DNA of 64,000 nt from an uncultured virus (IMG/VR IMGVR_UViG_3300044642_001197) (Duplodnaviria > Heunggongvirae > Uroviricota > Caudoviricetes): IMG/VR virus record IMGVR_UViG_3300044642_001197. The stretch is one strand, 5' to 3'. Position numbers and translations under genes: made by a program. How positions within the stretch are numbered: the first letter of the stretch is position 1; each line of letters starts with the position of its first letter. Positions 46,470-56,592 of the stretch are shown here, in pieces. Below the pieces are notes generated by a model. It searched no databases and was not told the origin of the DNA. It was given only the letters and a program-made list of their open reading frames with translations.

Positions 46470-48551
46470 ATGGCCGCGTCCTTAAACCCAGCACCGCTTC
46501 GCAAGCGGATCATCAGCTACCCGACTCCGGATGTGACCGATCGGGTAGTGAAGGAGCTACACAACGCGACGCAGGCCAATTACGAGGTGCCGCCCTACGG
46601 CACACCACATCCGACTCCGGGGCTCTACCCGGATCATGTGCTTGCCTACGTCACCCCGGCGGATGATACGGGTTTTGCAAGTTGGTTCTACGTCAATGAG
46701 CGGGCCAATCAGGACGCCTACAATTACGTGGCCGACTACCCGCATGGGGTGACGGAGTTCCCACGCTACACTCGTACCTATGTGTTGTTGCAGGACGGGC
46801 TGGTGGAGCCCGCGCTCGGCACCCCCGACTCGATGTTCCCCGGGTTCGTGTTGGTGGACCACCGGAACGTGGCGTTGGGGGATCAGGTCCTTGAGGCGCT
46901 GTTTGTTGGGGTCCAGAGGTTTTTCGAAAAGTTGCCCGGGCCGTGGGTGCCGTTCACTCGCTACGACGACGACTTGGGCCCCGTGCAAGGGCGGCGTCGG
47001 GCGGTGGTCAATACAGGCCAACTTGCCACGTTGACAGCTACCGGGAAGGTGAGCTACGAGGCCCGGGAGGGTTCGGCTTATGTGTCTTGGGAGGTGGAGG
47101 AAAGCTGGAGCAACGGTTCGGGCGGGGCGGGCAACCCGAGTTACCCCGTCGGGGTTCGCGATTTTTACGACGACGATCTAGGACCAGTTCAAGAGGTGAC
47201 CCAGTTGGTTTTGGCCGCCGGTTCGGAGGTCGGGTCCGCGTCGGCCACACACAATACGAGCTTCACCCCATACAATGAGTTCCTGCTTAAACGCGTTCAC
47301 AGAACGTGGTCAATGCCGGGGCCGGTTGCCACGCGGGATTTTTATGACGAAGAACGCGGCGCTGTGCAGGAAACCCGCCAGGTTATAGCGTCCACCGGAA
47401 CCGAGACGGGTTCTGTGACGGGCGGCAGCGTCCACACGTCCACCGTGTTCGAGCCTATCAACACGTTTCTTCTGCGTCGTGTGGTGCGGACATTCGCGTT
47501 GCCGGGGCCGGTGCTGGTGAGTGAATCGGTGATGGAGGACGGGGGTTTGGCGACCGTCACCAAGACGCTCAAGTCGCCCGGGTCAATTACCGAGGGGGAG
47601 ACGTTGTCAGGGTCGGTGTTGCGCCGGGCGGAGCGCCAAGTTATTGACGCCGTGCTTGCGCGGGAGGTGGTGACCGAGCGTGCGGTGCCTGGGGTGGAGT
47701 TGACCACCAAAACCGCCATGGACGGGGCTTTTGGCGCTGTGGGGACCGAGATTCGGCGCCTCCAACCCAAGACCGCGGCATTGCCCGCCGAAAGTCATTT
47801 GGTGCTGGGGGCGAAACTCACCCAGGTCAGCCAGGAGACGGCTGAACTGGTGGTGCGATCGGTCCCGGCGCAGCCGGTGGTATACGATTTTCAGACCGAG
47901 GAGGAGACGCGGAGGCTGATTATGACCTCGCATGAAGTGGTGGCGACAGCCACTCCCGCGAACGTGGTAGTCCCGGCGGTTGGCACCGAGGTTCGTTACA
48001 AAGCGTTGACCGAGAAACGCTCCATGAAAAGTGTGACGGTGTTCAACCCCAATGCGAGTGGAGGGTTTGGTGGGGTTCCTGCGAGTCGCGTGGAGTATAT
48101 CGAGGTGGCCTACGACTACCCTTCTCTCTTGTTGGGGTTGTCGTTTTCTTCGTTGGAGGCCTTCGACGGGGAGTTTCGGATTGGCTACAACACAAATGTG
48201 CGCGCCGGTTTTCGGCGTAAGGTGAGGGGCACCGTGACGATTTCCTACCACACGTCGGAGCCTCCATTGGATGAAGCCACGGTGATCGAACCCGTCAACA
48301 TCAACGCCAAAGGTCTTTTTTACAGCGTCAACGTGCCCAATGTGATCTGCAACGCATTCACCCCGTGGCAGTTTAGCACCGGCACAAACAACCCTAAGTG
48401 GCCGTTTTACGTTGAGACCATTCCCATCCCGGTGTCCACCCCCACGTTGAGTGGATACAACGCGCTGACGGAGATTGTGGTGGGGAGTAAGGTGCAGCTC
48501 TGGAAGTTTGGGCTTTGGCGCAAAGAAACCGTCCGCATCCCGGCGCTCTAA
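46470..48551 (+). CDS. putative virion structural (tail) protein
   Basis: 693 aa, beta-rich, with internal repeats. Confidence 0.6.
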   Translation: MAASLNPAPLRKRIISYPTPDVTDRVVKELHNATQANYEVPPYGTPHPTPGLYPDHVLAYVTPADDTGFASWFYVNERANQDAYNYVADYPHGVTEFPRYTRTYVLLQDGLVEPALGTPDSMFPGFVLVDHRNVALGDQVLEALFVGVQRFFEKLPGPWVPFTRYDDDLGPVQGRRRAVVNTGQLATLTATGKVSYEAREGSAYVSWEVEESWSNGSGGAGNPSYPVGVRDFYDDDLGPVQEVTQLVLAAGSEVGSASATHNTSFTPYNEFLLKRVHRTWSMPGPVATRDFYDEERGAVQETRQVIASTGTETGSVTGGSVHTSTVFEPINTFLLRRVVRTFALPGPVLVSESVMEDGGLATVTKTLKSPGSITEGETLSGSVLRRAERQVIDAVLAREVVTERAVPGVELTTKTAMDGAFGAVGTEIRRLQPKTAALPAESHLVLGAKLTQVSQETAELVVRSVPAQPVVYDFQTEEETRRLIMTSHEVVATATPANVVVPAVGTEVRYKALTEKRSMKSVTVFNPNASGGFGGVPASRVEYIEVAYDYPSLLLGLSFSSLEAFDGEFRIGYNTNVRAGFRRKVRGTVTISYHTSEPPLDEATVIEPVNINAKGLFYSVNVPNVICNAFTPWQFSTGTNNPKWPFYVETIPIPVSTPTLSGYNALTEIVVGSKVQLWKFGLWRKETVRIPAL

Positions 48552-48553
48552 CC

Positions 48554-49162
48554 ATGGACGAGGAGATCGACTACCGGAGAGCGTTTGCGGAAGCCCAGGC
48601 GGAAGCGCGGCAGCGGGTGTCAAACTTAGTGCCCGCGATCCCGATCCGGTCGGCAGATTCTCTCGGAACCCCATACAACGAGTGGTTGGTGGCCCCTACG
48701 GTTCCAGGCGTGGATGGGGGCGGCAGTTCCGCGCCCCAGGAGAAGCACCCCTTCCAGATACGCATAGTGGGGAATCGAATCCAAATATCCCCTGGCACCA
48801 TCAACCAGCTTTTGCCTCAAGGGTATGTGGGGGATCTCCCTCTCCAAGGCGCGGGCACCGCAATTGTGGCGCTGAGATGCACGACGAACGGGGCGCAGGT
48901 AAATTTGGCGGAGTTTGTGCGGTTGGACACTGCGCCTGCGGCACCGTTGGAGACACTCGGGGCTGCGCCGACGCAGTTTTATGTGGTGCTTGGGACGGTC
49001 GCCAGCAGTGGCGCGGTGCAGCAGGTGGTCTATTCGAACCTCGCAGCCCGAATCACGATCGCCAAGCAGGTGGAGAAACCTTCGGTCCCTGTGGGCACAT
49101 CCCCGTGGAACAATTTCTACACATGGCTCGTGTTTGAGACGAATCAGTTTTTTGTGGTCTGA
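48554..49162 (+). CDS. putative virion protein
   Basis: From MDEEIDY; GGG..HPFQ motif. Confidence 0.55.
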   Translation: MDEEIDYRRAFAEAQAEARQRVSNLVPAIPIRSADSLGTPYNEWLVAPTVPGVDGGGSSAPQEKHPFQIRIVGNRIQISPGTINQLLPQGYVGDLPLQGAGTAIVALRCTTNGAQVNLAEFVRLDTAPAAPLETLGAAPTQFYVVLGTVASSGAVQQVVYSNLAARITIAKQVEKPSVPVGTSPWNNFYTWLVFETNQFFVV

Positions 49163-49165
49163 TGT

Positions 49166-50890
49166 ATGGTGTTCACCGCGTACATCCCAGTCATTTACGA
49201 CGGCGACGAGCAAGTAGTCACTAGGGGGCACAGTTACAGTAATACTAACGGCGTCACCGTCACTTTCCAGAACAGTTTCGAAACAGGCACGTCGATATCG
49301 TCAGGGTCCGGAAGCAGTTTTTATAGATCTTGGGTGGGCGGGTTTTTAAATGAGGAGAATGGTTTTTTCGCCCAAGAGGGGACGCGGCGGTTCACCACTT
49401 TTGAAAGCTCCAGCACTCGCACCCGCACCTCCACATTCCGTGGGGCGTATACGGTTGGCCGAACCGAAGCGTTGTCTCGGGGGGTATACTCAACGAGCAT
49501 AAAATTCGAAACCACCACCTTTTCGCAGTCTTACTCGGGGTTAGATAAAACCGTTGGTTATGTGGCATCCACCACAGTAAGCTATACCACTTTTGTTTCA
49601 CCGGGGGTTCCGGCATCGCGCACAGCGCGAACAACGACCACTTCGACCGTGAGCTACCCGCATTCGCGTTTCGTCAGCTTCCATACGGCGCTATTTGCCG
49701 CTGACTGGCGCGCGGCGGTTTGGCTCCGGCTCAACACACAAACCGGGCGCGCGGGCGTGTTCGTGGGGAGCGAAGCGACCGATGTTTTTGTTGGCGACTA
49801 CACTCTGATAACGGAACCTTTTTACGAAACGACATCCCACAGTAGTGTGGTTGCGCTGGTGTTAGATCAGGGATTGATTAGTTGGTCATCTTTTCAAAAC
49901 GAGCGTATTCCGGCGTACGCTTTTACTGCGGATTCGATTGATTGGACTACGACTTACGACGTTGGGACAGGGATAACCCCGGGCTCATGGGTCACTACCT
50001 TTTCCGAAGAGCGGGCGGTTCCGATCTTCCGCGAGTTCACCGTCGGGGGCGACGCGGATACAGAGACACACGTCGGGCATTTCGACGGGCACACAGGGAC
50101 GACCACGGAGAGCCTGCCCTGGGGCACAACGCGCCTTGTGTTAGAGCCAGTCGCGCTGGCACCCGGAGTGTCCGCCGTCCGCCAGTATATCCACACAACA
50201 ACGACCCAGCGACGGGTGACACTGCGTGATTATGTCACAACCATGTCTACGTCGACAGCGAGCAGCAACACTACTCGTTTTTCATCAGTAGCCGCGGGAA
50301 GCACCCGCTTCCTGTATCAGCGCACGAGGTTTGGGCAGGTGAACGCCTTCAATGTTGACGACACGCCCCCCGTTGTTCTGAACCGTGTGAACTTGGGCGG
50401 CGTACAAGCCCCAGATATGCGTATTGGGGATGGGGCGAGATACCTTCAAGCCACATTCTCCCCAGCCCCAGACCAGTATGCGTTTGCGGAAAGACCCGCA
50501 GTGATTGCGCCGTTACTCGATACCGATAGCCCGACCGCTGTTACTGTGGGCCCCCCTGCGACGGAAACGGCGTTCAAATGGGGCACCGTGTCTGTTGGGA
50601 TTGACGACAAACCGGCCGTGTGGGGTGCCACCGCGATTACGCCAGTGGGGGTTTACCTGACCGCGACATACAACGACGTTTCGGAGCGCGGCCCGACCTC
50701 TATGGGCAGCACCTACTACGACCCCTCTGGCCAGACAGTCACTGTGTTGACGGGAGCGCGCACAGTCTGGGAGCGAGTGGGTTACCGCGAGTGGGTGACG
50801 TTTACCGGCACATCAGGCGTTGACGTTGGGCTCGACAGATTGACGACTTTTTCGCCCCGCTACTACAACAACACCGCAGAATTTTTCTAG
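49166..50890 (+). CDS. Thr/Ser-rich putative virion protein
   Basis: 574 aa, very T/S-rich, visibly lower GC than the flanks. Confidence 0.6.
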   Translation: MVFTAYIPVIYDGDEQVVTRGHSYSNTNGVTVTFQNSFETGTSISSGSGSSFYRSWVGGFLNEENGFFAQEGTRRFTTFESSSTRTRTSTFRGAYTVGRTEALSRGVYSTSIKFETTTFSQSYSGLDKTVGYVASTTVSYTTFVSPGVPASRTARTTTTSTVSYPHSRFVSFHTALFAADWRAAVWLRLNTQTGRAGVFVGSEATDVFVGDYTLITEPFYETTSHSSVVALVLDQGLISWSSFQNERIPAYAFTADSIDWTTTYDVGTGITPGSWVTTFSEERAVPIFREFTVGGDADTETHVGHFDGHTGTTTESLPWGTTRLVLEPVALAPGVSAVRQYIHTTTTQRRVTLRDYVTTMSTSTASSNTTRFSSVAAGSTRFLYQRTRFGQVNAFNVDDTPPVVLNRVNLGGVQAPDMRIGDGARYLQATFSPAPDQYAFAERPAVIAPLLDTDSPTAVTVGPPATETAFKWGTVSVGIDDKPAVWGATAITPVGVYLTATYNDVSERGPTSMGSTYYDPSGQTVTVLTGARTVWERVGYREWVTFTGTSGVDVGLDRLTTFSPRYYNNTAEFF

Positions 50891-51937
50891 ATGACGCTCG
50901 CCATTTGCACCTACGCCACGAAGTCCTACCTGCACGCGTGGCCCCTCTGTCTGCGGGGCATCGCGGCCGCGGCGGCCCACCGCCGGGAGGCCCATTTTAT
51001 CTTCGCCACGGACGACAGCCCGGAGTCCCGCGACGCCGAGGAACTCGCCCGCCGGGAACTGCCCGAGGGTTGGAAGATCACGACCCTGCGCCTGCCGATC
51101 GCCGATGACACGAGCCAGAGTTACAAGGAGGCGGCCCAGATGCGGATCGCCGCGCTCCAAGGAGCCGCGTTCGCCTTCGCCAAATCCAAGGTGCGGGCGG
51201 ATCTGTGTTGGTCGGTGGAGAGCGACACCATCCCCACCGCCGAATCCCTGCGGGTGCTGGAATGGACCTTGGCCATGCCCACGGCGGACGGTTCGCCCTA
51301 CTACGATGTGGCGGCGGCGACTTACCCCAACGGGCTTTTCCTCGGAGGCTTCGGAACGCCGCAGAACCCGATTGCCGAGGATTTCCTGCCCGCCGAACGC
51401 AAGCTGCGCCCCCGGCTCAAGCTGTGCCTCGAACGGTGCGAGGAACGGCTCAAAACGGCGACGGATTTCAAGACGGGGGAGAAGGAGGGGAAACGGTTGG
51501 CCCGGTTGCGGGACCGGGTGAAGAAATCGCCGCCCGACGGGAATGTCTGGGAGGTGACGGCCAAACACGGCTGGCGGCGCCGGGGATGGATGGAGTTCGC
51601 GTATCCTGGGATCGGGCGCGGTGCGATTGTCCCGTCCGATTGGTGCGGACTGGGCTGCACGCTTTTGAGCAAACGGGCCTTGGCCCTGGCGGATTTCAAT
51701 GGCTACGACGGGCGGGGGACTCAGGATTTGTTCCTGTGCTGGAAACGCTGGTATCCGGCGGGGCTGCGGATCTCCTGCGTGCCGCATGTGGCGTGTGACC
51801 ACATCAAACGCCGGGGGGACCAGATCGAACACATGATCGCCGGGCACGCGACCGACGGGGAGTTTCGCGGGCATTTGCGGATGGAAACCCGGGTCTTGCC
51901 TCTGTTGCCGGGTGTAAGTAACCTGCCCAAACCATGA
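50891..51937 (+). CDS. putative glycosyltransferase (GT-A fold)
   Basis: WSVESD (DxD-like), CGLGCTLLS, TQDLF, CDH. Confidence 0.6.
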   Translation: MTLAICTYATKSYLHAWPLCLRGIAAAAAHRREAHFIFATDDSPESRDAEELARRELPEGWKITTLRLPIADDTSQSYKEAAQMRIAALQGAAFAFAKSKVRADLCWSVESDTIPTAESLRVLEWTLAMPTADGSPYYDVAAATYPNGLFLGGFGTPQNPIAEDFLPAERKLRPRLKLCLERCEERLKTATDFKTGEKEGKRLARLRDRVKKSPPDGNVWEVTAKHGWRRRGWMEFAYPGIGRGAIVPSDWCGLGCTLLSKRALALADFNGYDGRGTQDLFLCWKRWYPAGLRISCVPHVACDHIKRRGDQIEHMIAGHATDGEFRGHLRMETRVLPLLPGVSNLPKP

Positions 51938-52857
51938 ACCGACTCCTACTCTCCGAGGCCCGCGACGCGCTGATGACCGTGGTCTCGTATGGAGGGGTCT
52001 CCGAACAGTTCTTTGTGCCGCAGCTAAACCAAGTGCAGGAGCGGCTCTTCACGTTGGGGCGCTGGCCGGGGATGCAGGAGGTGCTCGATTTCCCGACTCA
52101 GAACGGTTACATCACTTTGCCGCGCCGGTGCGAGTCGGTGCTCGGGGCGCAGGTGGCGGAAGCGCCCGCGCATATCTTCGGCAGGCACCACGAGTTTACG
52201 GTGGGTGGGCCGGGGCCTTACCCGGAGGGGATGTTGCACAGGCTCCTTGCCGACATGGGCGGCGGGTATTGCACGGCGTTGGATCTACCGCAGCCCTCCA
52301 GGCTCAAGGTTTTGTCCACATCAGTGGAGGACACGGCACCGATTGACTTGAGCGACGCGGACCTATCGGGGGCGATTTTTTCGCCCGATGCCCGGGAGGC
52401 CGTGGCGCCGGGGAGCACTTCGGTGCGGACGTTCAACTCGGTGAGTTTTGTCGTCAAGCCCGTGACGGTTGGGATCGTGTCGCTTTACGCCGTACACCCG
52501 AGCACGTTGGCGGAGACGTTGGTGGCGGTGTATGAACCGGGGGAGACGACCCCTTCCTACCGGCGCTACAAGGTTACGGGTGCGGAGACCTCGGATTCAG
52601 TGCGAGTCCTGTGCAAACGGCAGTTTGTGCCCGTGGCCGCTGCGAACGACGAGGTGTTCCCCGGCAACATTGGCGCCCTGAAACACGGGCTCCTGGCGCT
52701 CAACTACGAGGACCAGGGCGACGTGGAACGTGCCCGGGCAAGCTGGGCGATGGCTTTGGAGCTGCTCCAGGGGGCGCTCAAACAGGAGCGCGGCGGCGAG
52801 GTGACCGTGGCGCGCAGGAGCGGGTTCGGCGTGGGGAAGATCCGGATGCGGCTCTAG
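51934..52857 (+). CDS. putative tail adaptor/tubular protein
   Basis: LNQVQERL...ITLP; size and position in the late operon. Confidence 0.45.
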   Translation: MNRLLLSEARDALMTVVSYGGVSEQFFVPQLNQVQERLFTLGRWPGMQEVLDFPTQNGYITLPRRCESVLGAQVAEAPAHIFGRHHEFTVGGPGPYPEGMLHRLLADMGGGYCTALDLPQPSRLKVLSTSVEDTAPIDLSDADLSGAIFSPDAREAVAPGSTSVRTFNSVSFVVKPVTVGIVSLYAVHPSTLAETLVAVYEPGETTPSYRRYKVTGAETSDSVRVLCKRQFVPVAAANDEVFPGNIGALKHGLLALNYEDQGDVERARASWAMALELLQGALKQERGGEVTVARRSGFGVGKIRMRL

Positions 52858-52900
52858 TGACTGGGTCCGACTAAACAGGGGGGTTACCCTTGCGCTGGTG

Positions 52901-53284
52901 CTAAGGCATCATCCTAAGCAAGGCGGACCTAGCGATTTCTTGGGCTTTTGCTAATTGAACAGCCTTGTCCTCGCGCCAGCCCTTGATGTTTGCGTGGTAT
53001 AAAGGATTGTCGTCCCGATCAATGGACAGTTCTTGGCCGTAAACGACTTGCGCTTTCACGTCGGCTCTGCCGTAGAGCTTTGGCTCACCGAATCGTTTGG
53101 ACATGGCGATGCGGCCGGACTCCCATATCTCGTTTTCTGGAACCCCTTCAATACACGTCACGGAGAGCGCCACATGAGGGTGCGGAACAAAAGCCGCCGC
53201 GCCGACTCGTTTAGTTGATTCGGTGAACCACTTCGAGAAACACAACATCCTCGCTATGCTTTCGTCGGGGGAAACATTGGCCAT
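52901..53284 (-). CDS. hypothetical protein, possible ADP-ribosyltransferase-fold toxin
   Basis: E.IAR...AF...LSV...HANI pattern; last gene of the inverted cassette. Confidence 0.4.
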   Translation of the reverse strand: MANVSPDESIARMLCFSKWFTESTKRVGAAAFVPHPHVALSVTCIEGVPENEIWESGRIAMSKRFGEPKLYGRADVKAQVVYGQELSIDRDDNPLYHANIKGWREDKAVQLAKAQEIARSALLRMMP

Positions 53285-53293
53285 AGCGCGGGG

Positions 53294-53767
53294 CTACCCC
53301 AAAACCGATGCGATCAGGCTGAATATTGGCGAGCCAAGGACATCCACCAAAGGGAAAGAGCCAAAAGCCTTTGCGTTGCCGTTGATTGCCGCGTAGTGGA
53401 CCTTACCGTGCTCGTCTACAGCGACGGTGACGGTTCGATAATGAGACTGCGCCCACTCGAATGTGATGTCCCCTGCTACGGTAGCGGACACTTGGGGGGC
53501 AGGAAACTGGGGCGGTAGCGCCTCTGCAAATTGCCGAGCATTTCTTGCGGTTTGGTGGTGCAAAGGAATCGCATGATAACCGTCCCAGTCTGGGTGGGAG
53601 CATTCACGAAGTATTTCATCTATGGCTATTCGGCTTTTGTTCCACACATCCCCCTGACTGTAAGAACTTCTAAGCCCCTCCCGCACGCGTTCGAGTTGCA
53701 GGTAAATAGCTTGTCCTTGGGGGCTTGCGGAAGAATCCAAGTAGGACGATGGATGTGCTGGAATCAT
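53294..53767 (-). CDS. hypothetical protein (middle gene of the cassette)
   Basis: PDWDGY.A.P and G.I.FEW motifs; ATGA-coupled. Confidence 0.65.
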   Translation of the reverse strand: MIPAHPSSYLDSSASPQGQAIYLQLERVREGLRSSYSQGDVWNKSRIAIDEILRECSHPDWDGYHAIPLHHQTARNARQFAEALPPQFPAPQVSATVAGDITFEWAQSHYRTVTVAVDEHGKVHYAAINGNAKAFGSFPLVDVLGSPIFSLIASVLG

Positions 53768-54507
53768 TGGAAAAGTTCAATGGCTTTGTTTGTTAAGCTA
53801 GCGAAAAAAAGACGATTCTTCAAACTTCGCATTTTTTCCCACAGGTGGGGCACATCGTTTTCCAACGCAGGCTCCCCAAGCGCAAACACGTCGATGTCCA
53901 GCAAGATCGGAAAGCTATTTGAGTTTAGGATCGGCTGTGTTGCCAAAACCCATTTGGCTTCGAGTTGCGTGTCTTTGCAGCGGATCACGCTTTGGGCGAT
54001 AAATGCCCCTCGTTCGATCTCTCCTATTGGAGGAGCCGGTAAAGTGGCGGTCAAGTAATCTTCCAATTTGACCATGCCTCCGGAATACGGGAGCAAAATT
54101 TGATTGATGTAGCGCAGCGCGACTCGCGTTCGCCGAGGCTTGAACAACTGGTCGTAAACTCCCCATGCGGTATTGGCGGTGTTTGAGGCGTTCCCCCATT
54201 TCCGATACGGGCTTAAACAATTGTATGTGAAGCCGTCATTCCGAAACTGGAGCAATTCTGTGCGATCGTGCGTCAAAAAACGACACCCGACGGCCTGTTG
54301 CTTGGTTCGGGTGGTTTTAGGACCATCCTCCGTTGCGCCAACAACGATCTCGAACTCTTCCATCGGCTCAATAATCGGAAAACGCTCCTTAAAATGCTGG
54401 TGGGCGGCAGCTAGCGCGTCGACCGGCACAGGCTTAGGGAACACCACGCGCACATCAAAAATAGCCTCCACGATGGGGGAGCTTCGCAACTCGGGAAATT
54501 CACTCAT
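53764..54507 (-). CDS. TIGR04255-like protein
   Basis: PIVEAIFDVR, Y..W, RVALRYIN.I, LLDID. Confidence 0.7.
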   Translation of the reverse strand: MSEFPELRSSPIVEAIFDVRVVFPKPVPVDALAAAHQHFKERFPIIEPMEEFEIVVGATEDGPKTTRTKQQAVGCRFLTHDRTELLQFRNDGFTYNCLSPYRKWGNASNTANTAWGVYDQLFKPRRTRVALRYINQILLPYSGGMVKLEDYLTATLPAPPIGEIERGAFIAQSVIRCKDTQLEAKWVLATQPILNSNSFPILLDIDVFALGEPALENDVPHLWEKMRSLKNRLFFASLTNKAIELFQ

Positions 54508-54607
54508 ATCGAGTCCGGATACAAATACGTTCGCCCTGTGGTAGGCAACCCGGTTGTGGCCCTAGCGGGCTCGGGGGTGCCTGCATTCAACGGCATCGGA
54601 TGCGGCT

Positions 54608-55513
54608 CTAGGGGCCGAAGCTGGACCGACCGGGTTGAATCCCGGCGTCCCGGAACGTTTGGTTCACGGAGTTGAGGCGGCTCCTCTGGTATTCCACCTC
54701 CCGTTGTGTGGCGTTGAGGCGGCGTTCTAGTGTCTGCGCTCTCTGCTCAGAGGCCACTACTTGCTGCCGCATGGCGCGAATCTCGTTCACTACTTCTTGG
54801 GTGCGCGCGGCTTCTGCGCGGCGGGCTTCTTCTTCCAAGATTCGTTTTTTCCGCTGGTCAAGGTCAGCTCGTTGTTTTTCTGTCTCCGCGTTAATGCCGT
54901 CGAAGTAATCTCCGGCCAACTTAATCGACTCCGCGCTCACTTTCGCACTACTCAAGCGGGCCAAGTAAATTTTCTGAAAAGAACTGTCCCTTTTGGCCTC
55001 CGGGAAATCGCGGTTGATTTTTTCGATTGCAGCGTTCAGCTCTCTGGCGTCAGTAGCCGGAACTCCATCAAGTATCTTTATGGCAGCATCAGTATGGACA
55101 CCTTGTTCCTGCATTCGTAGGACCGCTTTGGCGAAGGCCAGCTCGTCGTCCTCTGCCAATGTCCTGGTTTCTCCGAGTTGTTCCAGACGAGCCACTCTTT
55201 CCAGCCGGAATCGTTTTGATTCGGCGTCAGCCTTCTGTGGGTCGACCTCACTTAGGCGGGCGACGTAGAACGATTGGACGCTTGGGTAGCTCCAAGCGTT
55301 CGGGCAGACTGTTGCAATTCTGCGGAGCGTTCCGGCGAGCGACGTAGCGGCTTTGAAGTTTACTTGCCCGAGTAAATAGAGGGCTTTCTGCTCGTCTGTC
55401 CATTTTACGTCGGGGGACTGACTGAGGGACCCCGCATAAGGCGTCTGTGCGTACCCCAAAGGAGTGCCGCATAAACACAAAGCCAGCAGCATGACAGCGA
55501 ATCGCGTTTTCAT
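54608..55513 (-). CDS. secreted helical protein (moron)
   Basis: Signal peptide MKTRFAVMLLALCLCGTPLGYA-Q; coiled-coil C-terminus. Confidence 0.65.
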   Translation of the reverse strand: MKTRFAVMLLALCLCGTPLGYAQTPYAGSLSQSPDVKWTDEQKALYLLGQVNFKAATSLAGTLRRIATVCPNAWSYPSVQSFYVARLSEVDPQKADAESKRFRLERVARLEQLGETRTLAEDDELAFAKAVLRMQEQGVHTDAAIKILDGVPATDARELNAAIEKINRDFPEAKRDSSFQKIYLARLSSAKVSAESIKLAGDYFDGINAETEKQRADLDQRKKRILEEEARRAEAARTQEVVNEIRAMRQQVVASEQRAQTLERRLNATQREVEYQRSRLNSVNQTFRDAGIQPGRSSFGP

Positions 55514-55594
55514 GTGGTGCTACGTCAACACAGGTGCGCGCTGGATTCAAGCATTGCTGTTTTTCTGGGGTTTATGTAGGTTGATGCGATCCGT

Positions 55595-56590
55595 ATGGCG
55601 AACAACCCAAACGCAGCCCTAGAGTTGGAGGAAGATGACGAGCTGAATGGGGGGTGGCCCCGCGCAATAGCCGAGTCGATGGGGGTTCCGCCCGGTGCTA
55701 GTAACTCCTCAGCAACGAACATTGCGGCACCTGCAGTGGTGAGTTCTTCGCCTTCGCCTTCGCCTTCGCCTTCGCCTTCGCCTTCGCCTTCGCCTTCGCC
55801 TTCGCCTTCGCCTTCGCCATCGCTTTCCGGCGCAAAATTTATTGAGAGCTACGTAAAAACTCCGTTCGACCATCGCGGGTTTCGTCAGGCCGGTGCGGCG
55901 ACTGAATACGACCCGAGCAAGGACCAGATGGCCCGCAGCGTGGTGGGCGGATTGGTTGTTCCGCGGCAAGTGGGGCCCCCTATTCAGATCGACCCGAAAT
56001 ACGGGGGTGGTGTGGGCACGGTTACGAATCCTTTTCCGAGCACGATGGGGGCCGGGGCTCCCTCTTCTACTTTTGCCACCCCGCCGATTAGGCAACCTTT
56101 CGCCGCTGCTCCTGCAACCGCTGCTCCTGCGACCCCGGCGGCCCCACCCAAGGACAGAGCGGAGGCTTTTTTGGAATACGCACGGCGTCCGATTGGGTCC
56201 AACATGGGAACGTCAGGGGGGACACTCAGTCGTCCAGACCAAGAGGTTCAGCGAGAAGCGGATCGGCTACGCGCCACGGAACGCGCCCAGTTACGTTTCA
56301 CCCAAGCCGATGCTCGACAAGCAGGGGTGCGAGGGGGCATCTCCCGCAAGGCGTTCGGGATTGGGGGCGGCAGCCCTCAGGATTATGTGGTCGAAGCCGG
56401 GAGAAGTCTTCGCAGGCGCGCCATGGAACAAGACTTGACCAAAAGCAACCGCGACGACGTGCTGGGGTTGTTGGCTCAGCGCGATCAACTCGACGCGCGC
56501 ATTCGGGATGAAGACGCTAGGAATATTCGGGAGCGTGAAGAGTTTGTAGGCAAATCGAAAGGGGCCCGGCCGGGCTCGGTCAGAAAGTAA
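55595..56590 (+). CDS. putative internal virion/ejection protein with (SP)12 tract
   Basis: Low-complexity ORF after the tail genes. Confidence 0.55.
   Translation: MANNPNAALELEEDDELNGGWPRAIAESMGVPPGASNSSATNIAAPAVVSSSPSPSPSPSPSPSPSPSPSPSPSPSLSGAKFIESYVKTPFDHRGFRQAGAATEYDPSKDQMARSVVGGLVVPRQVGPPIQIDPKYGGGVGTVTNPFPSTMGAGAPSSTFATPPIRQPFAAAPATAAPATPAAPPKDRAEAFLEYARRPIGSNMGTSGGTLSRPDQEVQREADRLRATERAQLRFTQADARQAGVRGGISRKAFGIGGGSPQDYVVEAGRSLRRRAMEQDLTKSNRDDVLGLLAQRDQLDARIRDEDARNIREREEFVGKSKGARPGSVRK
55748..55819. repeat. hexanucleotide microsatellite (TCGCCT)x11 plus one variant
   Basis: Directly visible. Confidence 0.95.
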
Positions 56591-56592
56591 AT

